A stretch of DNA of 64,000 bases from an uncultured Candidatus Berkelbacteria bacterium (GCA_963698075.1 OY969116.1:19881-83880), one strand, 5' to 3'; shown: positions 38,802 through 49,006, counted from the stretch's first letter. The notes: generated by a model not told the origin, from the sequence alone. Translations and numbers: made by a program.

Positions 38802-38865
38802 TTTAGTCATTTAATAATTTATTCTGGTTTCGGATTTCTGGTTTCGTCATTATTTAAGCGTCATT

Positions 38866-39648
38866 ATGACATCATTAATCATCACTTACATTTTGATCGT
38901 TTTATTCGGCCTGGCCGTCGGTTCCTTTTTAAATGTCATCATCTTGCGTTTTGATGAATTAAAAACCATCTGGCGCGTTCGTTCTCACTGCCTGAAATGT
39001 AAAAAAGAAATCCGCTGGTACGACTTGGTGCCGTTTTTTTCCTATTTTATCTTGGGTGGCAAATGCCGCGATTGTAAAAAGCCGATTTCCTATCAATATC
39101 CGATTGTCGAAGCTTTAACAGCGGTGCTTTTTGCCGGCATTTACTATTACTACGGCCTGACTTGGCAAGCGTTACTATTAGCCATTATTTTATCAATCCT
39201 TATCTGTATTGCTGTCTATGATATTTTAAAGATGGAAATTCCCGATGTTTTGACCTATCTGGGGATTTTTTTCGCCCTTGGTTTTACCTTTTTGAAGCTT
39301 TATCAAACCAATAGCTTAGCTTTAGAAAATCTGATACCCTATGGTTACGCCATTCTCGTTGCCGGTGGTTTCTTGGGTTTTTTGGTGATTTTATCGCGGG
39401 AAAAATGGATGGGAATGGGCGATATTCTGTTGGGGATATTGATGGGAGTTCTTCTGGGGATGCCAGCGGTTTTGGTCGGTTTATTTTTCGCTTTTGTTTT
39501 GGGTTCAATTGTCGGCTTGATTTTAATTGCCGCCAAAAAAAAGACACTCAAAGATGCTGTTCCTTTCGGCCCCTTTCTTGTTTCCGGCACAATTATCGCG
39601 CTTTTTTGGGGAGAAAAGTTGGTAAACTGGTACCTTGGGATTTTCTGA
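38866..39648 (+). CDS. pilD: Prepilin peptidase
   Basis: GSFLNV, RSHC..C, GKCRDC, YP.VE, MGMGD, PFGPFL. Confidence 0.94.
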   Translation: MTSLIITYILIVLFGLAVGSFLNVIILRFDELKTIWRVRSHCLKCKKEIRWYDLVPFFSYFILGGKCRDCKKPISYQYPIVEALTAVLFAGIYYYYGLTWQALLLAIILSILICIAVYDILKMEIPDVLTYLGIFFALGFTFLKLYQTNSLALENLIPYGYAILVAGGFLGFLVILSREKWMGMGDILLGILMGVLLGMPAVLVGLFFAFVLGSIVGLILIAAKKKTLKDAVPFGPFLVSGTIIALFWGEKLVNWYLGIF

Positions 39649-39706
39649 CGCTTGGCGTCAGAAGTAATGACTAATTTCTAAATCCTAATTTCTAACAAAA
39701 ATCTAA

Positions 39707-40075
39707 ATGTCAAATAAAGAAAAGCCAAAATATGATTTAGAAGAGAGGACAGCTAAGTTTGGAGAAAATATTATCGAGTTTTGTAAAAAAATACCATTAA
39801 ATCCAATAGCAATTCCAATAATTACGCAACTTATTAAAGCGGGTACCAGCGTTGGAGCAAATTATAATGAAGCAGATTGTGCGGAAACGAAAAAGGATTT
39901 TGAGCATAAAATGGGAATTTGTAAAAAAGAATCAAAAGAGGCGAGACATTGGTTAAGAATGATTGCTAAAGCCGTGCCAGAATTAAAAGAAGAATCTAGA
40001 AAACTTTGGAAAGAGGCAAACGAATTAAACTTAATTTTTTCTTCAATTGTCAGAAAATCACGCAGTAAAATTTGA
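39707..40075 (+). CDS. Four helix bundle protein, copy 3
   Basis: DLEERTAKF, GTSVGANY.EA, KKDF.HK, KKESKEA.HWL. Confidence 0.9.
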   Translation: MSNKEKPKYDLEERTAKFGENIIEFCKKIPLNPIAIPIITQLIKAGTSVGANYNEADCAETKKDFEHKMGICKKESKEARHWLRMIAKAVPELKEESRKLWKEANELNLIFSSIVRKSRSKI

Positions 40076-40150
40076 CATTTAATAATTTAGTATTTTATTA
40101 GACATTAGAGCTTAGGATTTAGGATTTAATAATGTATTTTGGAGGGTAAA

Positions 40151-40690
40151 ATGTTTAGACTCAACGAGGGTTTGTCAACAAAAAGATTCTCCGTCTTGCG
40201 ACGGAAAGGTTTTACTCTTATCGAGCTTTTAGTTGTCATTTTCATCATTGGTCTTTTGGCCAGTATTGTGGTGGTCAGTGTTCAGGGGGCGAGAGCGAAA
40301 GCCAGGGATGCTAAAAGAAAAGCAGACCTGCGAAGTCTTAGAACAGCCATCGAACAATATGCCAATGATAATGGTCAATATCCTGCAACATCCGGAGCTT
40401 TACACGACCCTGGTTGTACTGGAGAAAATTGTTCTTACGCGATTAGTACGTTGACAACTTCCTTAGCATCTTATCTTTCTCCCATTCCTCACGACCCCAT
40501 TGCTAGTAGACTGAATACTTATTTTCCAACTGTGCCGTCAGATTATAACTACGCCAGAGTGAGTCCTGGTTCTGGTTATGGAATACTTATGAACTTTGAC
40601 GATAGCACATCTAGCTCTCCCCACAGATGCAAAGTGGGGACTAATGTACCGTCAACTTGGTGGAGTAGTGCACCATCTTGTGAACAATAA
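40151..40690 (+). CDS. Type IV pilin-like protein
   Basis: KGFTLIE, ARAKARDAKRKADL, G.YP, PHDP. Confidence 0.88.
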   Translation: MFRLNEGLSTKRFSVLRRKGFTLIELLVVIFIIGLLASIVVVSVQGARAKARDAKRKADLRSLRTAIEQYANDNGQYPATSGALHDPGCTGENCSYAISTLTTSLASYLSPIPHDPIASRLNTYFPTVPSDYNYARVSPGSGYGILMNFDDSTSSSPHRCKVGTNVPSTWWSSAPSCEQ

Positions 40691-40714
40691 ATAAATTTTT
40701 ATGGAGGTTCATTT

Positions 40715-41200
40715 ATGGCTATTAAAAAAGGTTTTACTTTAATCGAATTAATGGTCGTCGTTTTAATTATCGGTATTTTGGCCAGCATCGTCATTGTTAA
40801 TGTTAACAATTCTCGCATTAATGCTCGCGATGCCAAAAGGGTTCAGGATCTTGATACTATTAATTCCGTGCTTCAAATGTATGCTGATGCTAATAATGGT
40901 CAATACCCAGGTTTAGCAGGGACTGGTGATGCTCGTGTGCGTAGCATTGGTGCTAGTGGTGCTTGGCTTGATTGGCCTGCTCTTGCTAGTAGTTTAACAG
41001 TCTATATTCAAACTTTGCCCAAAGATCCGATTAATAATAGTACATATTTTTACGGTTATATTGGTAACCCCTCGGGTTATAAAATTTTTGCTACAAAAAT
41101 GGAAAGTACCCAGGGTCAAAAGAAGGCCTCAGAAACGAATCCGACAATTGCAGGTCGTTACGAGATTTACACGAGTGATCATAGTGGCGTTACTTGGTAG
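40715..41200 (+). CDS. Type IV pilin-like protein
   Basis: KGFTLIE, ARDAKR..DL, GQYP, LPKDP. Confidence 0.88.
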   Translation: MAIKKGFTLIELMVVVLIIGILASIVIVNVNNSRINARDAKRVQDLDTINSVLQMYADANNGQYPGLAGTGDARVRSIGASGAWLDWPALASSLTVYIQTLPKDPINNSTYFYGYIGNPSGYKIFATKMESTQGQKKASETNPTIAGRYEIYTSDHSGVTW

Positions 41201-41216
41201 ATTTATGGGAGGAAAT

Positions 41217-41726
41217 GTGAAAAAGAAATTTGGTTTCACCCTAATCGAACTGATGGTCGTGGTTTTAATTATTATGCTTTTAGCGGGAGTGATTATTGTT
41301 AACGTTGATAATGCCCGTAGAAAAGCCCGCGACGCCAAAAGAGTTTCCGATTTGGGTTTGATCGCTTCCGCCCTGGAAAACTATTATGCCGATCATCATA
41401 GTTATCCAGCTGGTGGCTATTGGAGTGAATGCAACGCCTGGGGAGGATTAGCGGCAAACAATGTCATCCCAGGTCTTGTTCCCAATTATTTAAACGCTTT
41501 TCCTTCTGATCCCCAAATGGATAAAGTTAACAGCGTCTATTGTTATATATATGTATCTAATGGCAGTAATTATAAGATAATCGATCATAACGGACCCAGT
41601 ATTAATTATCTAAGTCAACCTACGCTCATAGATCCAGTAAGGGATGGAGGTACAGATTGTACTAAAGTTGATGGGACAAGTCCATGGGCATGGAGTATAT
41701 CTAGTCCTGGGGCGCCGTGTTGGTAA
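41217..41726 (+). CDS. Type IV pilin-like protein (GTG start)
   Basis: GGAGG RBS, FGFTLIE, KARDAKRVSDL, PSDP. Confidence 0.88.
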   Translation: MKKKFGFTLIELMVVVLIIMLLAGVIIVNVDNARRKARDAKRVSDLGLIASALENYYADHHSYPAGGYWSECNAWGGLAANNVIPGLVPNYLNAFPSDPQMDKVNSVYCYIYVSNGSNYKIIDHNGPSINYLSQPTLIDPVRDGGTDCTKVDGTSPWAWSISSPGAPCW

Positions 41727-41787
41727 AAATAATTTATAAAAAACTATCAATGAAAAAATCTTTCACTTTAAGCAAGGAGATAATTAA

Positions 41788-42411
41788 ATGATTGTTAAAA
41801 GGGGTTTCACACTTATCGAACTGATGGTCGTGGTTTTAATTATTTTACTGTTGGCTGGAGTGATTGTTGTCAATGTTGATCAGGCCCGCAAAAAAGCCCG
41901 CGACCAAGCCCGCATCGCCGACCTCAACAATGTCGCCTCGGCCTTAGAAGCCTATCATGCTGACACTCAACAATATCCAGCAGGAGACTTGATTGCCGGT
42001 GCTGGTACCATGGGAGAAGCGGGTAGTTATCCATTAAGTAAGTGCGCTTATGTTTACGCTGTAAAAGTATTTTTGAAAGATAGCAATTATCTTAATTCTT
42101 GTCCCCAAGAAGCATCGCTAAATTTCGCTAATTGCACTCAGTTTGGTAGTGGTGTTGAAGCTGCCTGTACCTCTGGGGGCATTCCCCAAAATACTATAAA
42201 ATACAATAATCCAAATTATGAGGGTTATCGTTATACATGCTGGTCCACTAATACGCCCTATGTTTGTGAACATTATGCATTAGCAACTTTCCTAGAAGAA
42301 AATTCAATCCCGCCCGCCACAATAGCATCTGATATTAATAACAATAAACCATCCTATAGAATTTGCGACGGTGAGCCAGATTACGGTAGTTCATGGTGTT
42401 TAAATCATTAA
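41788..42411 (+). CDS. Type IV pilin-like protein, Cys-rich
   Basis: RGFTLIE, KARDQARIADL, eight Cys. Confidence 0.88.
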   Translation: MIVKRGFTLIELMVVVLIILLLAGVIVVNVDQARKKARDQARIADLNNVASALEAYHADTQQYPAGDLIAGAGTMGEAGSYPLSKCAYVYAVKVFLKDSNYLNSCPQEASLNFANCTQFGSGVEAACTSGGIPQNTIKYNNPNYEGYRYTCWSTNTPYVCEHYALATFLEENSIPPATIASDINNNKPSYRICDGEPDYGSSWCLNH

Positions 42412-42417
42412 AACCAA

Positions 42418-42993
42418 ATGTCCAAATCTTTCACTCTAATCGAAATGTTAGTCACTATCGGCATTGTCATTTTGATTGCCGCGGTTAGCGGTCCGGCTTT
42501 GGATTCTGAACGTAATCGAGCGAATTTAGATTCTGCGGTCCAGCAATTCCGCGATCTTATCTCTCAAACTCAAGCTTATGCCTTGGCGCCGGAAAGTCCA
42601 GATGCGCAACATTATTTACTGGCAATAAATTATGGGCTTAACCAGCAAACTTTTTATGGACCTACTTTGCTTAAAAATGAATATGGAATTTATGTTGTCA
42701 AAAATAATTGGGGAACAATTACAAATATAAAAAAAGGCAAAGTTGCAGCCCTTTCTTCAATTTCAATCAACTCAAGCTCAACTGGATATATCGATCCCAA
42801 TCAATTATTCAAAATCCATTTTCGGACAACCGATGGAATCGCCGGCTGCTCAAGGGTTTATTATGAAACCTGGGGAACCACCTGCAGTTTTGCTACCAAC
42901 AGCTATGCCGAAATATCAATTGGGTTAGGCAGTCAAACTAAAATTATCAAAGTCAATAAAATTACCGGTGAAACCGAGGTTATTACTCCATGA
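42418..42993 (+). CDS. Minor pilin (FimT/GspH-like)
   Basis: SFTLIE N-terminus; C-terminal IKVNKITG. Confidence 0.75.
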   Translation: MSKSFTLIEMLVTIGIVILIAAVSGPALDSERNRANLDSAVQQFRDLISQTQAYALAPESPDAQHYLLAINYGLNQQTFYGPTLLKNEYGIYVVKNNWGTITNIKKGKVAALSSISINSSSTGYIDPNQLFKIHFRTTDGIAGCSRVYYETWGTTCSFATNSYAEISIGLGSQTKIIKVNKITGETEVITP

Positions 42994-43460
42994 GAAAAAG
43001 TTTTACTTTAATTGAGGTCGTCTTTGCCGTGGGTATTATTTTAATTTTTCTCGGTGCTTTAATCGCTATTTTTAACATCGGTTCAAGAAACGCTATCGTC
43101 AGCGCTCATCGTCTGCAGGCCGCCAATTTGGCCCGGGGAGCGGCGGAAATTGCTAAAGAAGTTCGCGATACGGGCAAGGTAACCCCAGGTTGGGCTGGCA
43201 TGAATGTTGACTGCTGGTTGCCGGGCAGCGCTGCCGGTATTATCAATCATCCAAGACCTGATTGTGGTACCGTTGGTAATCTACGTTTAGGTTTTTCTGC
43301 TAAGCCAGATTCTGCGACATACGATTTGGTCACCTTTACTCGTCAAGTTACTATAACTAATGTAACCAGCGATATCAAAAAAATCACCGCCACCGTTTCT
43401 TGGAGTGATTATGGTAAAAACTATTCGGTAATAGTTGTTACCTATTTAACTAATTATTAA
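42990..43460 (+). CDS. Minor pilin (PilV/GspI-like)
   Basis: SFTLIE, A.NLA...AE, FTRQVTI, ATVSW. Confidence 0.75.
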   Translation: MRKSFTLIEVVFAVGIILIFLGALIAIFNIGSRNAIVSAHRLQAANLARGAAEIAKEVRDTGKVTPGWAGMNVDCWLPGSAAGIINHPRPDCGTVGNLRLGFSAKPDSATYDLVTFTRQVTITNVTSDIKKITATVSWSDYGKNYSVIVVTYLTNY

Positions 43461-43461
43461 C

Positions 43462-43962
43462 ATGCAAAAACAAAAATCCTTTACTTTAATCGAGCTTTTG
43501 GTGGGGGTGAGTATTTTTATTGTTGTCGTCGTGATCGGTTTAGCCACAGTCGTTACCTTGAATCGGAATCGCTCAAAAACCGAAACCATTTCCAATATTC
43601 AAACATCCGGCAATTTGGCCATGGAAATAATGGTCAACAGAGTTGAGACCGCCACGAGTTACAGTTTCATTTCCGGTACCAGTACTTTAACTGTTTCCTC
43701 TGGAGGAAAAAATTATCAATTTAGTCGGGCTGTTGACGCCAACAATATAGGTTATGTGGGAATGACAGTAAGTGGTGTAACGGGAATACAACGTTTAACA
43801 TCCCCAGATGTGAATATAGGCCTAAACGATCTTAATTTCACAGGAGTTTCTGGATCATTTACCGTTAAAAATTACGTTACCATCAATCTAATTTTGCCGA
43901 GTACTTGGGTTGGAAGCACTGAAACACTTACTTTACATAGCACAGTTATCGCTCAATTATAG
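43462..43962 (+). CDS. Minor pilin (PilW/GspJ-like)
   Basis: [10 protein letters not shown]-terminus. Confidence 0.72.
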   Translation: MQKQKSFTLIELLVGVSIFIVVVVIGLATVVTLNRNRSKTETISNIQTSGNLAMEIMVNRVETATSYSFISGTSTLTVSSGGKNYQFSRAVDANNIGYVGMTVSGVTGIQRLTSPDVNIGLNDLNFTGVSGSFTVKNYVTINLILPSTWVGSTETLTLHSTVIAQL

Positions 43963-43973
43963 GAAGAAATAAA

Positions 43974-44480
43974 ATGAAAAACATTTTTCAGACCAAAAAA
44001 AGCGCCGCCTTGATTATCGCCTTGCTAATTATTTCGGCTGTAGCAATTTTTGCTTTCACCGCCGCCCGGTCAATTACTGGCAGTATCGGCCGGACATCTC
44101 GGACCAGTGAAGCTATGATAGCCGAAGAAGCCGCCAAAGGCGGAATTGAATGGGGATTATTAACTTTGAAAGGTTGCAGCCCCTCTGCTCCATACCCCTC
44201 ATCTAAGACCTGTTATGTGTACAATGGAAGCGCTAATAGTGTTTGTACACTGAATTTTCCCACCGATGCCACTCCTTCTTCATGTACTACAACTATTCCC
44301 GATATCAACAAAAGATATGCTGATATTCGGGGGTATGTGACCGTGAACGTCGATCTTATCGGAAGTGTCACGGGAAAAACGGGTGAGGTCTATTCCATCG
44401 GCAAATTTGGTGGTGTTCACAAAGGACTAAAGGCGACAATAACTATTAGTCAAACAACTATCGATTATATTAATTATTAG
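43974..44480 (+). CDS. PilX/GspK-like minor pilin lacking Glu5
   Basis: KSAALIIALL, A.EAAKGGIEWGL, SIG. Confidence 0.7.
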   Translation: MKNIFQTKKSAALIIALLIISAVAIFAFTAARSITGSIGRTSRTSEAMIAEEAAKGGIEWGLLTLKGCSPSAPYPSSKTCYVYNGSANSVCTLNFPTDATPSSCTTTIPDINKRYADIRGYVTVNVDLIGSVTGKTGEVYSIGKFGGVHKGLKATITISQTTIDYINY

Positions 44481-44579
44481 AACTTGTTCAATAATCTCAA
44501 CTCTGATATATTTAATTTATGTAAAACTTACTCTATTAAGTAAATAACTTTACAGGTAAATTTATTTAAAAATATTTTT

Positions 44580-45017
44580 ATGAAAATAACAATTTTTTCC
44601 GACGGCGGAGCGCGAGGCAATCCCGGTCCTGCCGCCGTAGGCGGCAAACTCGAAATCCGAAACTCGAAATCCGAAATTAGAGAGCATAAAATCTCTAAAT
44701 ACATCGGCGAAGCTACCAACAACCAGGCAGAATACCAAGCAGTCATTGAGGCGTTGAAATGGGTTGAGGAAAATATCAAAGAATCTGATTTAGAAATCGA
44801 ATGTTTTTTGGATTCAGAATTGATTGTTGAGCAATTAAATCAACGTTACAAAATTAAAAATGAGGGACTAAAGCCTTTATTTTGGCAAATCCGTGACCTT
44901 ATGATGGCTCTGGGTGGCAAGATTTCATTTAAATATATTCCTAGAGAAAAAAACAAAGAAGCAGATAAATTGGTCAATAAAGCAATTGATGAGTCTATGG
45001 GCAAAAGTTGGGGCTGA
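44580..45017 (+). CDS. rnhA: Ribonuclease HI family protein
   Basis: DGGARGNPG, TNNQAEY, DSELIV.Q, PREKN.EAD. Confidence 0.93.
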   Translation: MKITIFSDGGARGNPGPAAVGGKLEIRNSKSEIREHKISKYIGEATNNQAEYQAVIEALKWVEENIKESDLEIECFLDSELIVEQLNQRYKIKNEGLKPLFWQIRDLMMALGGKISFKYIPREKNKEADKLVNKAIDESMGKSWG

Positions 45018-45019
45018 CT

Positions 45020-47830
45020 ATGTTTAAAAACATTAATTCTAAACAATCTTTCCCAGAACTTGAAAAAGAAATTTTGGAATTTTGGAATAAAAATCAAATA
45101 TTTCAGAAATCTTTAGAAAAAAACAAGGGCAAAGATAAATTTATCTTTTATGAGGGTCCGCCGACGGCCAACGGTAAGCCCGGCATCCATCATGTTTTAG
45201 CCCGCGCTTTTAAAGATATTGTTTGCCGCTATAAAACCATGCGTGGTTTTCACGTGGGTCGCCGGGCTGGCTGGGATACTCACGGCTTGCCAGTAGAAAT
45301 TGAAGTGGAAAAAGCCCTCGGCATTTCCGGTAAAGATAAAATCGAAGCCTACGGCATTGAAAAATTTAATCAAAAATGTCGCGAAAGTGTTTGGCGCTAC
45401 AAAGAAGAATGGGAGAATTTGACTCGCCGAATCGGTTTTTGGATTGATTTGGAGAGTCCCTACATCACCTATGAGAACTCTTATATTGACAAAGTTTGGC
45501 AAATATTAAAGAAAATTTGGGATAGGGGATTATTGTACGAAGGCCATAAAGTCGTACCTTATTGTCCGCGTTGCGGCACGCCGCTATCATCACACGAAGT
45601 CGCCCAGGGATATAAAAAAATCACGGAACCCTCAATTTATATTAAATTACGATTAAAAAAAGAACCATCAACCTATATATTGTCTTGGACGACGACTCCA
45701 TGGACTTTGCCAGGCAACGTGGCTTTGGCGGTTGGTGCTGATATTGAATACAGCCAAATCAAAGTCAATGATGAGGTTTGGATTTTGGCCTCGGAGCGGC
45801 TAAATATTATTTCTGAAAAATATCAGTTAGTAAAAAAAATCAAAGGTAAGAATTTGGTTGGCCTTGAATATGATCCAATTTTTGTCATTAAAGAATTCCA
45901 GACGGATAAATCCTACAAGGTCTATGACGCCGACTTTGCTAATACTGAAGAGGGGACTGGTATTGTCCACACGGCCGTAATGTATGGGGAAGATGATTAT
46001 GAATTGGGCGGGAAAGAAAATTTGCCGAAATTCCATACTGTTGATGAAACCGGCCATTTTAAAAATAATGTGCCGGAAGTTGGCGGAATGTATGTCAAGG
46101 CCAAAGAGACCGAAGAAAAAATTATTTCGTATTTAAAAAAACAGAATAACTTTCTAAAGACCGAAAATTTCGAACACGATTATCCTTTTTGTTGGCGCTG
46201 CGATACGCCGCTAATTTACTATGCCAAAGATTCTTATTTTATTGCGATGTCAAAAATTCGTGAAGAACTCATCGCCAATAATAAAAAAATAAATTGGATT
46301 CCCAGCTACATTAAAACTGGTCGGTTTGGCGAATGGCTGGCCGAAGTCAAAGATTGGGCTTTGTCGCGCGAGCGTTTCTGGGGCACGCCCTTGCCAATTT
46401 GGAAGTGTGTTTGCGGCGAGCAAATTTTTATTGGCTCGATTAAAGAACTTAAAGAAAAGACAACCACTAAAATTGATAAACTAGATTTACATCGGCCTTA
46501 TGTTGATGAGATAAAAATTAAATGTCCAAAGTGCGGTAAAAACGCGAGAAGAATTAAAGATTTGATTGATGCTTGGTTTGATTCTGGCTCAATGCCTTTT
46601 GCCTCCGGTGAGGAAGAAAATGGCAATTACCCGGCTGATTACATCGCCGAAGCCCTTGACCAAACCCGGGGCTGGTTTTATACGATGCTTGCGATCTCAA
46701 CGCTAATTGACAAAGGTAATTCTTATAAAAACGTTATTTGCCTTGGATTAGTCTTGGATGAGCAAGGCAAAAAAATGTCGAAATCGCGGGGTAATATTAT
46801 TGAACCATTTTATATTCTCGAAAAATATGGGTCTGATTCTCTACGCTGGTTTTTTTATACCGTCAATGCTCCGGGCGACTCCAAAAGAATGGGCGAAAAA
46901 GATGTTCAAGAAAGTTTAAGAAAGTTTATTTTGATTTTGTGGAATGTTTATTCGTTCTTTATAACCTATGCTAATATCGACCGATGGGTGCCGCAAAAAT
47001 TGGCCGAATCGGACGAAATTCTAGACAAATGGGTATTGAGTTATTTTAATAAGTTAACAAAAGATGTTGCACAAAAACTCGATGATGATTTTGATATTGT
47101 CGGCGCAGCCCGGGAAATTGAAGAATTTAATACCGATCTATCAACTTGGTATCTTCGACGCTCCCGCAAGCGCCGAGATGATAAATTCTATTCGACTTTG
47201 TATTATGTGCTGATAAATTTAACAAAAATTATCGCGTCTTTTACACCCTTCATCGCCGAGGAGATTTATCAAAATTTGAAAAGTGATGCTCGCGACAAAG
47301 ATCCGCAATCTGTTCATCTTTGCGAGTGGCCCGAGGTGGGAGAGGTTGATGAAGAAGTTTTAGCCAATATGCGGAAAGTCCGTCAACTGGCTGAGAGAGG
47401 ATTGGCTTTAAGGGCGGAAAAAAATATTCGCGTCCGACAACCTTTGGCTAGTTTTACTATTGATCAAAAAATTAGTGAAAGTTATCTCGAAATTCTTAAA
47501 GATGAACTTAACGTTTTAACTATCGCCCACGGCAAGAAAATCAAATTAGATACTCGTCTTAACGATGAACTTAAAGAAGAGGGAATTTTACGCGATCTTA
47601 TCCGTTCGATTCAAGAACTTCGTAAAAAGGCCGGACTCAATCCTGCTGATAAAATCAACTTATATTATGAGACAAAAGATAATAAGCTCCAAAGTATTAT
47701 TTCTAATTCTCAAAAAAGAATTCTAGAAGCCACCAATTTGGATCGTATCCAATCAGGCAAAGATGCTTCCATAAAACACGCGGCCGTGTATAATATAGGT
47801 ACTCAAAAACTTTGGATGGGTATTAAATGA
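45020..47830 (+). CDS. ileS: Isoleucine--tRNA ligase (IleRS2 type)
   Basis: EGPPTANG.PGIHH, GWDTHGLP, WTTTPWTL, DQTRGWF, KMSKS. Confidence 0.96.
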   Translation: MFKNINSKQSFPELEKEILEFWNKNQIFQKSLEKNKGKDKFIFYEGPPTANGKPGIHHVLARAFKDIVCRYKTMRGFHVGRRAGWDTHGLPVEIEVEKALGISGKDKIEAYGIEKFNQKCRESVWRYKEEWENLTRRIGFWIDLESPYITYENSYIDKVWQILKKIWDRGLLYEGHKVVPYCPRCGTPLSSHEVAQGYKKITEPSIYIKLRLKKEPSTYILSWTTTPWTLPGNVALAVGADIEYSQIKVNDEVWILASERLNIISEKYQLVKKIKGKNLVGLEYDPIFVIKEFQTDKSYKVYDADFANTEEGTGIVHTAVMYGEDDYELGGKENLPKFHTVDETGHFKNNVPEVGGMYVKAKETEEKIISYLKKQNNFLKTENFEHDYPFCWRCDTPLIYYAKDSYFIAMSKIREELIANNKKINWIPSYIKTGRFGEWLAEVKDWALSRERFWGTPLPIWKCVCGEQIFIGSIKELKEKTTTKIDKLDLHRPYVDEIKIKCPKCGKNARRIKDLIDAWFDSGSMPFASGEEENGNYPADYIAEALDQTRGWFYTMLAISTLIDKGNSYKNVICLGLVLDEQGKKMSKSRGNIIEPFYILEKYGSDSLRWFFYTVNAPGDSKRMGEKDVQESLRKFILILWNVYSFFITYANIDRWVPQKLAESDEILDKWVLSYFNKLTKDVAQKLDDDFDIVGAAREIEEFNTDLSTWYLRRSRKRRDDKFYSTLYYVLINLTKIIASFTPFIAEEIYQNLKSDARDKDPQSVHLCEWPEVGEVDEEVLANMRKVRQLAERGLALRAEKNIRVRQPLASFTIDQKISESYLEILKDELNVLTIAHGKKIKLDTRLNDELKEEGILRDLIRSIQELRKKAGLNPADKINLYYETKDNKLQSIISNSQKRILEATNLDRIQSGKDASIKHAAVYNIGTQKLWMGIK

Positions 47831-48927
47831 GTCGATTGAGACTACCAAAACTTAAATTGCCCTTTGGTATTGATTGGTCTTTATATCTGGTGCCATTAAT
47901 TTTGGCTATTTTAGGAATCGTCATCATTTTTTCCGTGACTTACACCACCAAGCCGACATTGGTAATTTCCCAAATTATCTATCTTATTTTGGGGGCTGGC
48001 GTGGCTATTTTCTTGACTTTTCTTGACTATCGGATTTTAAGAGGTGTTTCATTCTTTCTTTATTTAATCATTTTAGCGCTTTTAATCGTGGTTTTGATTT
48101 TTGGTCCGCGGACCTTCGGGGCCAATCGCTGGATCAATCTCGGAGTCTTTCAACTTCAACCCTCAGAAATTGGAAAACTGGTGATTTTGTTATTTTTGGC
48201 GAGAATTTTCGCTGAAACCGAAGAGTTTCGTCTCCGAGAAATTTTATTAATTCTAACGATTGTCGCTCTGCCGATAATTTTAATTCTTCTTCAACCGGAT
48301 TTCGGTACCGCCATGGTCATTTTTATTGAATTGATTGTTTTATTATTTTTCTCTAACGTTCGAAAAATTGTCTTAGTGGCCATTTTTGCTGGCGTCTTGG
48401 TTTTGGCGCCAATCGGTTGGCATTTCTTGAAAAGTTATCAAAAAGAACGCATCTATACTTTTATCAATCCCTCGCTAGATCCTTATGGTTCGGGTTATAA
48501 TGTCACTCAGGCAAAAATTACCGTCGGTTCCGGTGGCCTTTGGGGACAGGGAATAGGCAAAGGGACACAGATCCAACTTAATTTCCTACCCGTGGCCCAT
48601 ACTGACTTCATTTTTGCTTCAACGGCTGAAGCCATTGGTTTTGTCGGTTCCAGCCTTTTAATTATTTTATTAATTTTTCTAAGTTTCCGAATTATTACGA
48701 TTTCTAAGTTGTCAAAGGACACTTTCGGATTTTATTTCGCCATTGGTTGGGGATTAATTTTACTTTTTCAAGTTTTGGTTAATGTCGGCATGAATTTGGG
48801 AATTATGCCCGTAACGGGGATACCTTTGCCTTTTGTTTCCTCAGGCGGCTCTCAGATGATTACCAACATGGCGGCAATTGGGATTTTACAAAGCATTTAT
48901 CTCAGACACCAAAAAATCAGCTTTTAG
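47827..48927 (+). CDS. rodA: SEDS protein RodA
   Basis: QPSE, QPDFG, DPYGSGYN, GTQ, HTDFIF, PVTGIPLPF. Confidence 0.92.
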   Translation: MSRLRLPKLKLPFGIDWSLYLVPLILAILGIVIIFSVTYTTKPTLVISQIIYLILGAGVAIFLTFLDYRILRGVSFFLYLIILALLIVVLIFGPRTFGANRWINLGVFQLQPSEIGKLVILLFLARIFAETEEFRLREILLILTIVALPIILILLQPDFGTAMVIFIELIVLLFFSNVRKIVLVAIFAGVLVLAPIGWHFLKSYQKERIYTFINPSLDPYGSGYNVTQAKITVGSGGLWGQGIGKGTQIQLNFLPVAHTDFIFASTAEAIGFVGSSLLIILLIFLSFRIITISKLSKDTFGFYFAIGWGLILLFQVLVNVGMNLGIMPVTGIPLPFVSSGGSQMITNMAAIGILQSIYLRHQKISF

Positions 48928-48935
48928 ACAGGCTA

Positions 48936-48963
48936 TTGACTTTTAAAATTGTTTCGATATAAT
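48936..48963 (+). promoter_or_regulatory. Sigma70-type promoter upstream of rplU
   Basis: TTGACT-N16-TATAAT. Confidence 0.65.
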
Positions 48964-49006
48964 TAGATTGTATTAGTCCCTTCGGGGGCTTTTTAGGAAG
49001 GATAAG

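Noticed and set aside
37450-42411. Complete diversity-generating retroelement targeting pilins
   Set aside because: No reverse transcriptase and no template/variable repeat pair with adenine-specific differences seen in the window
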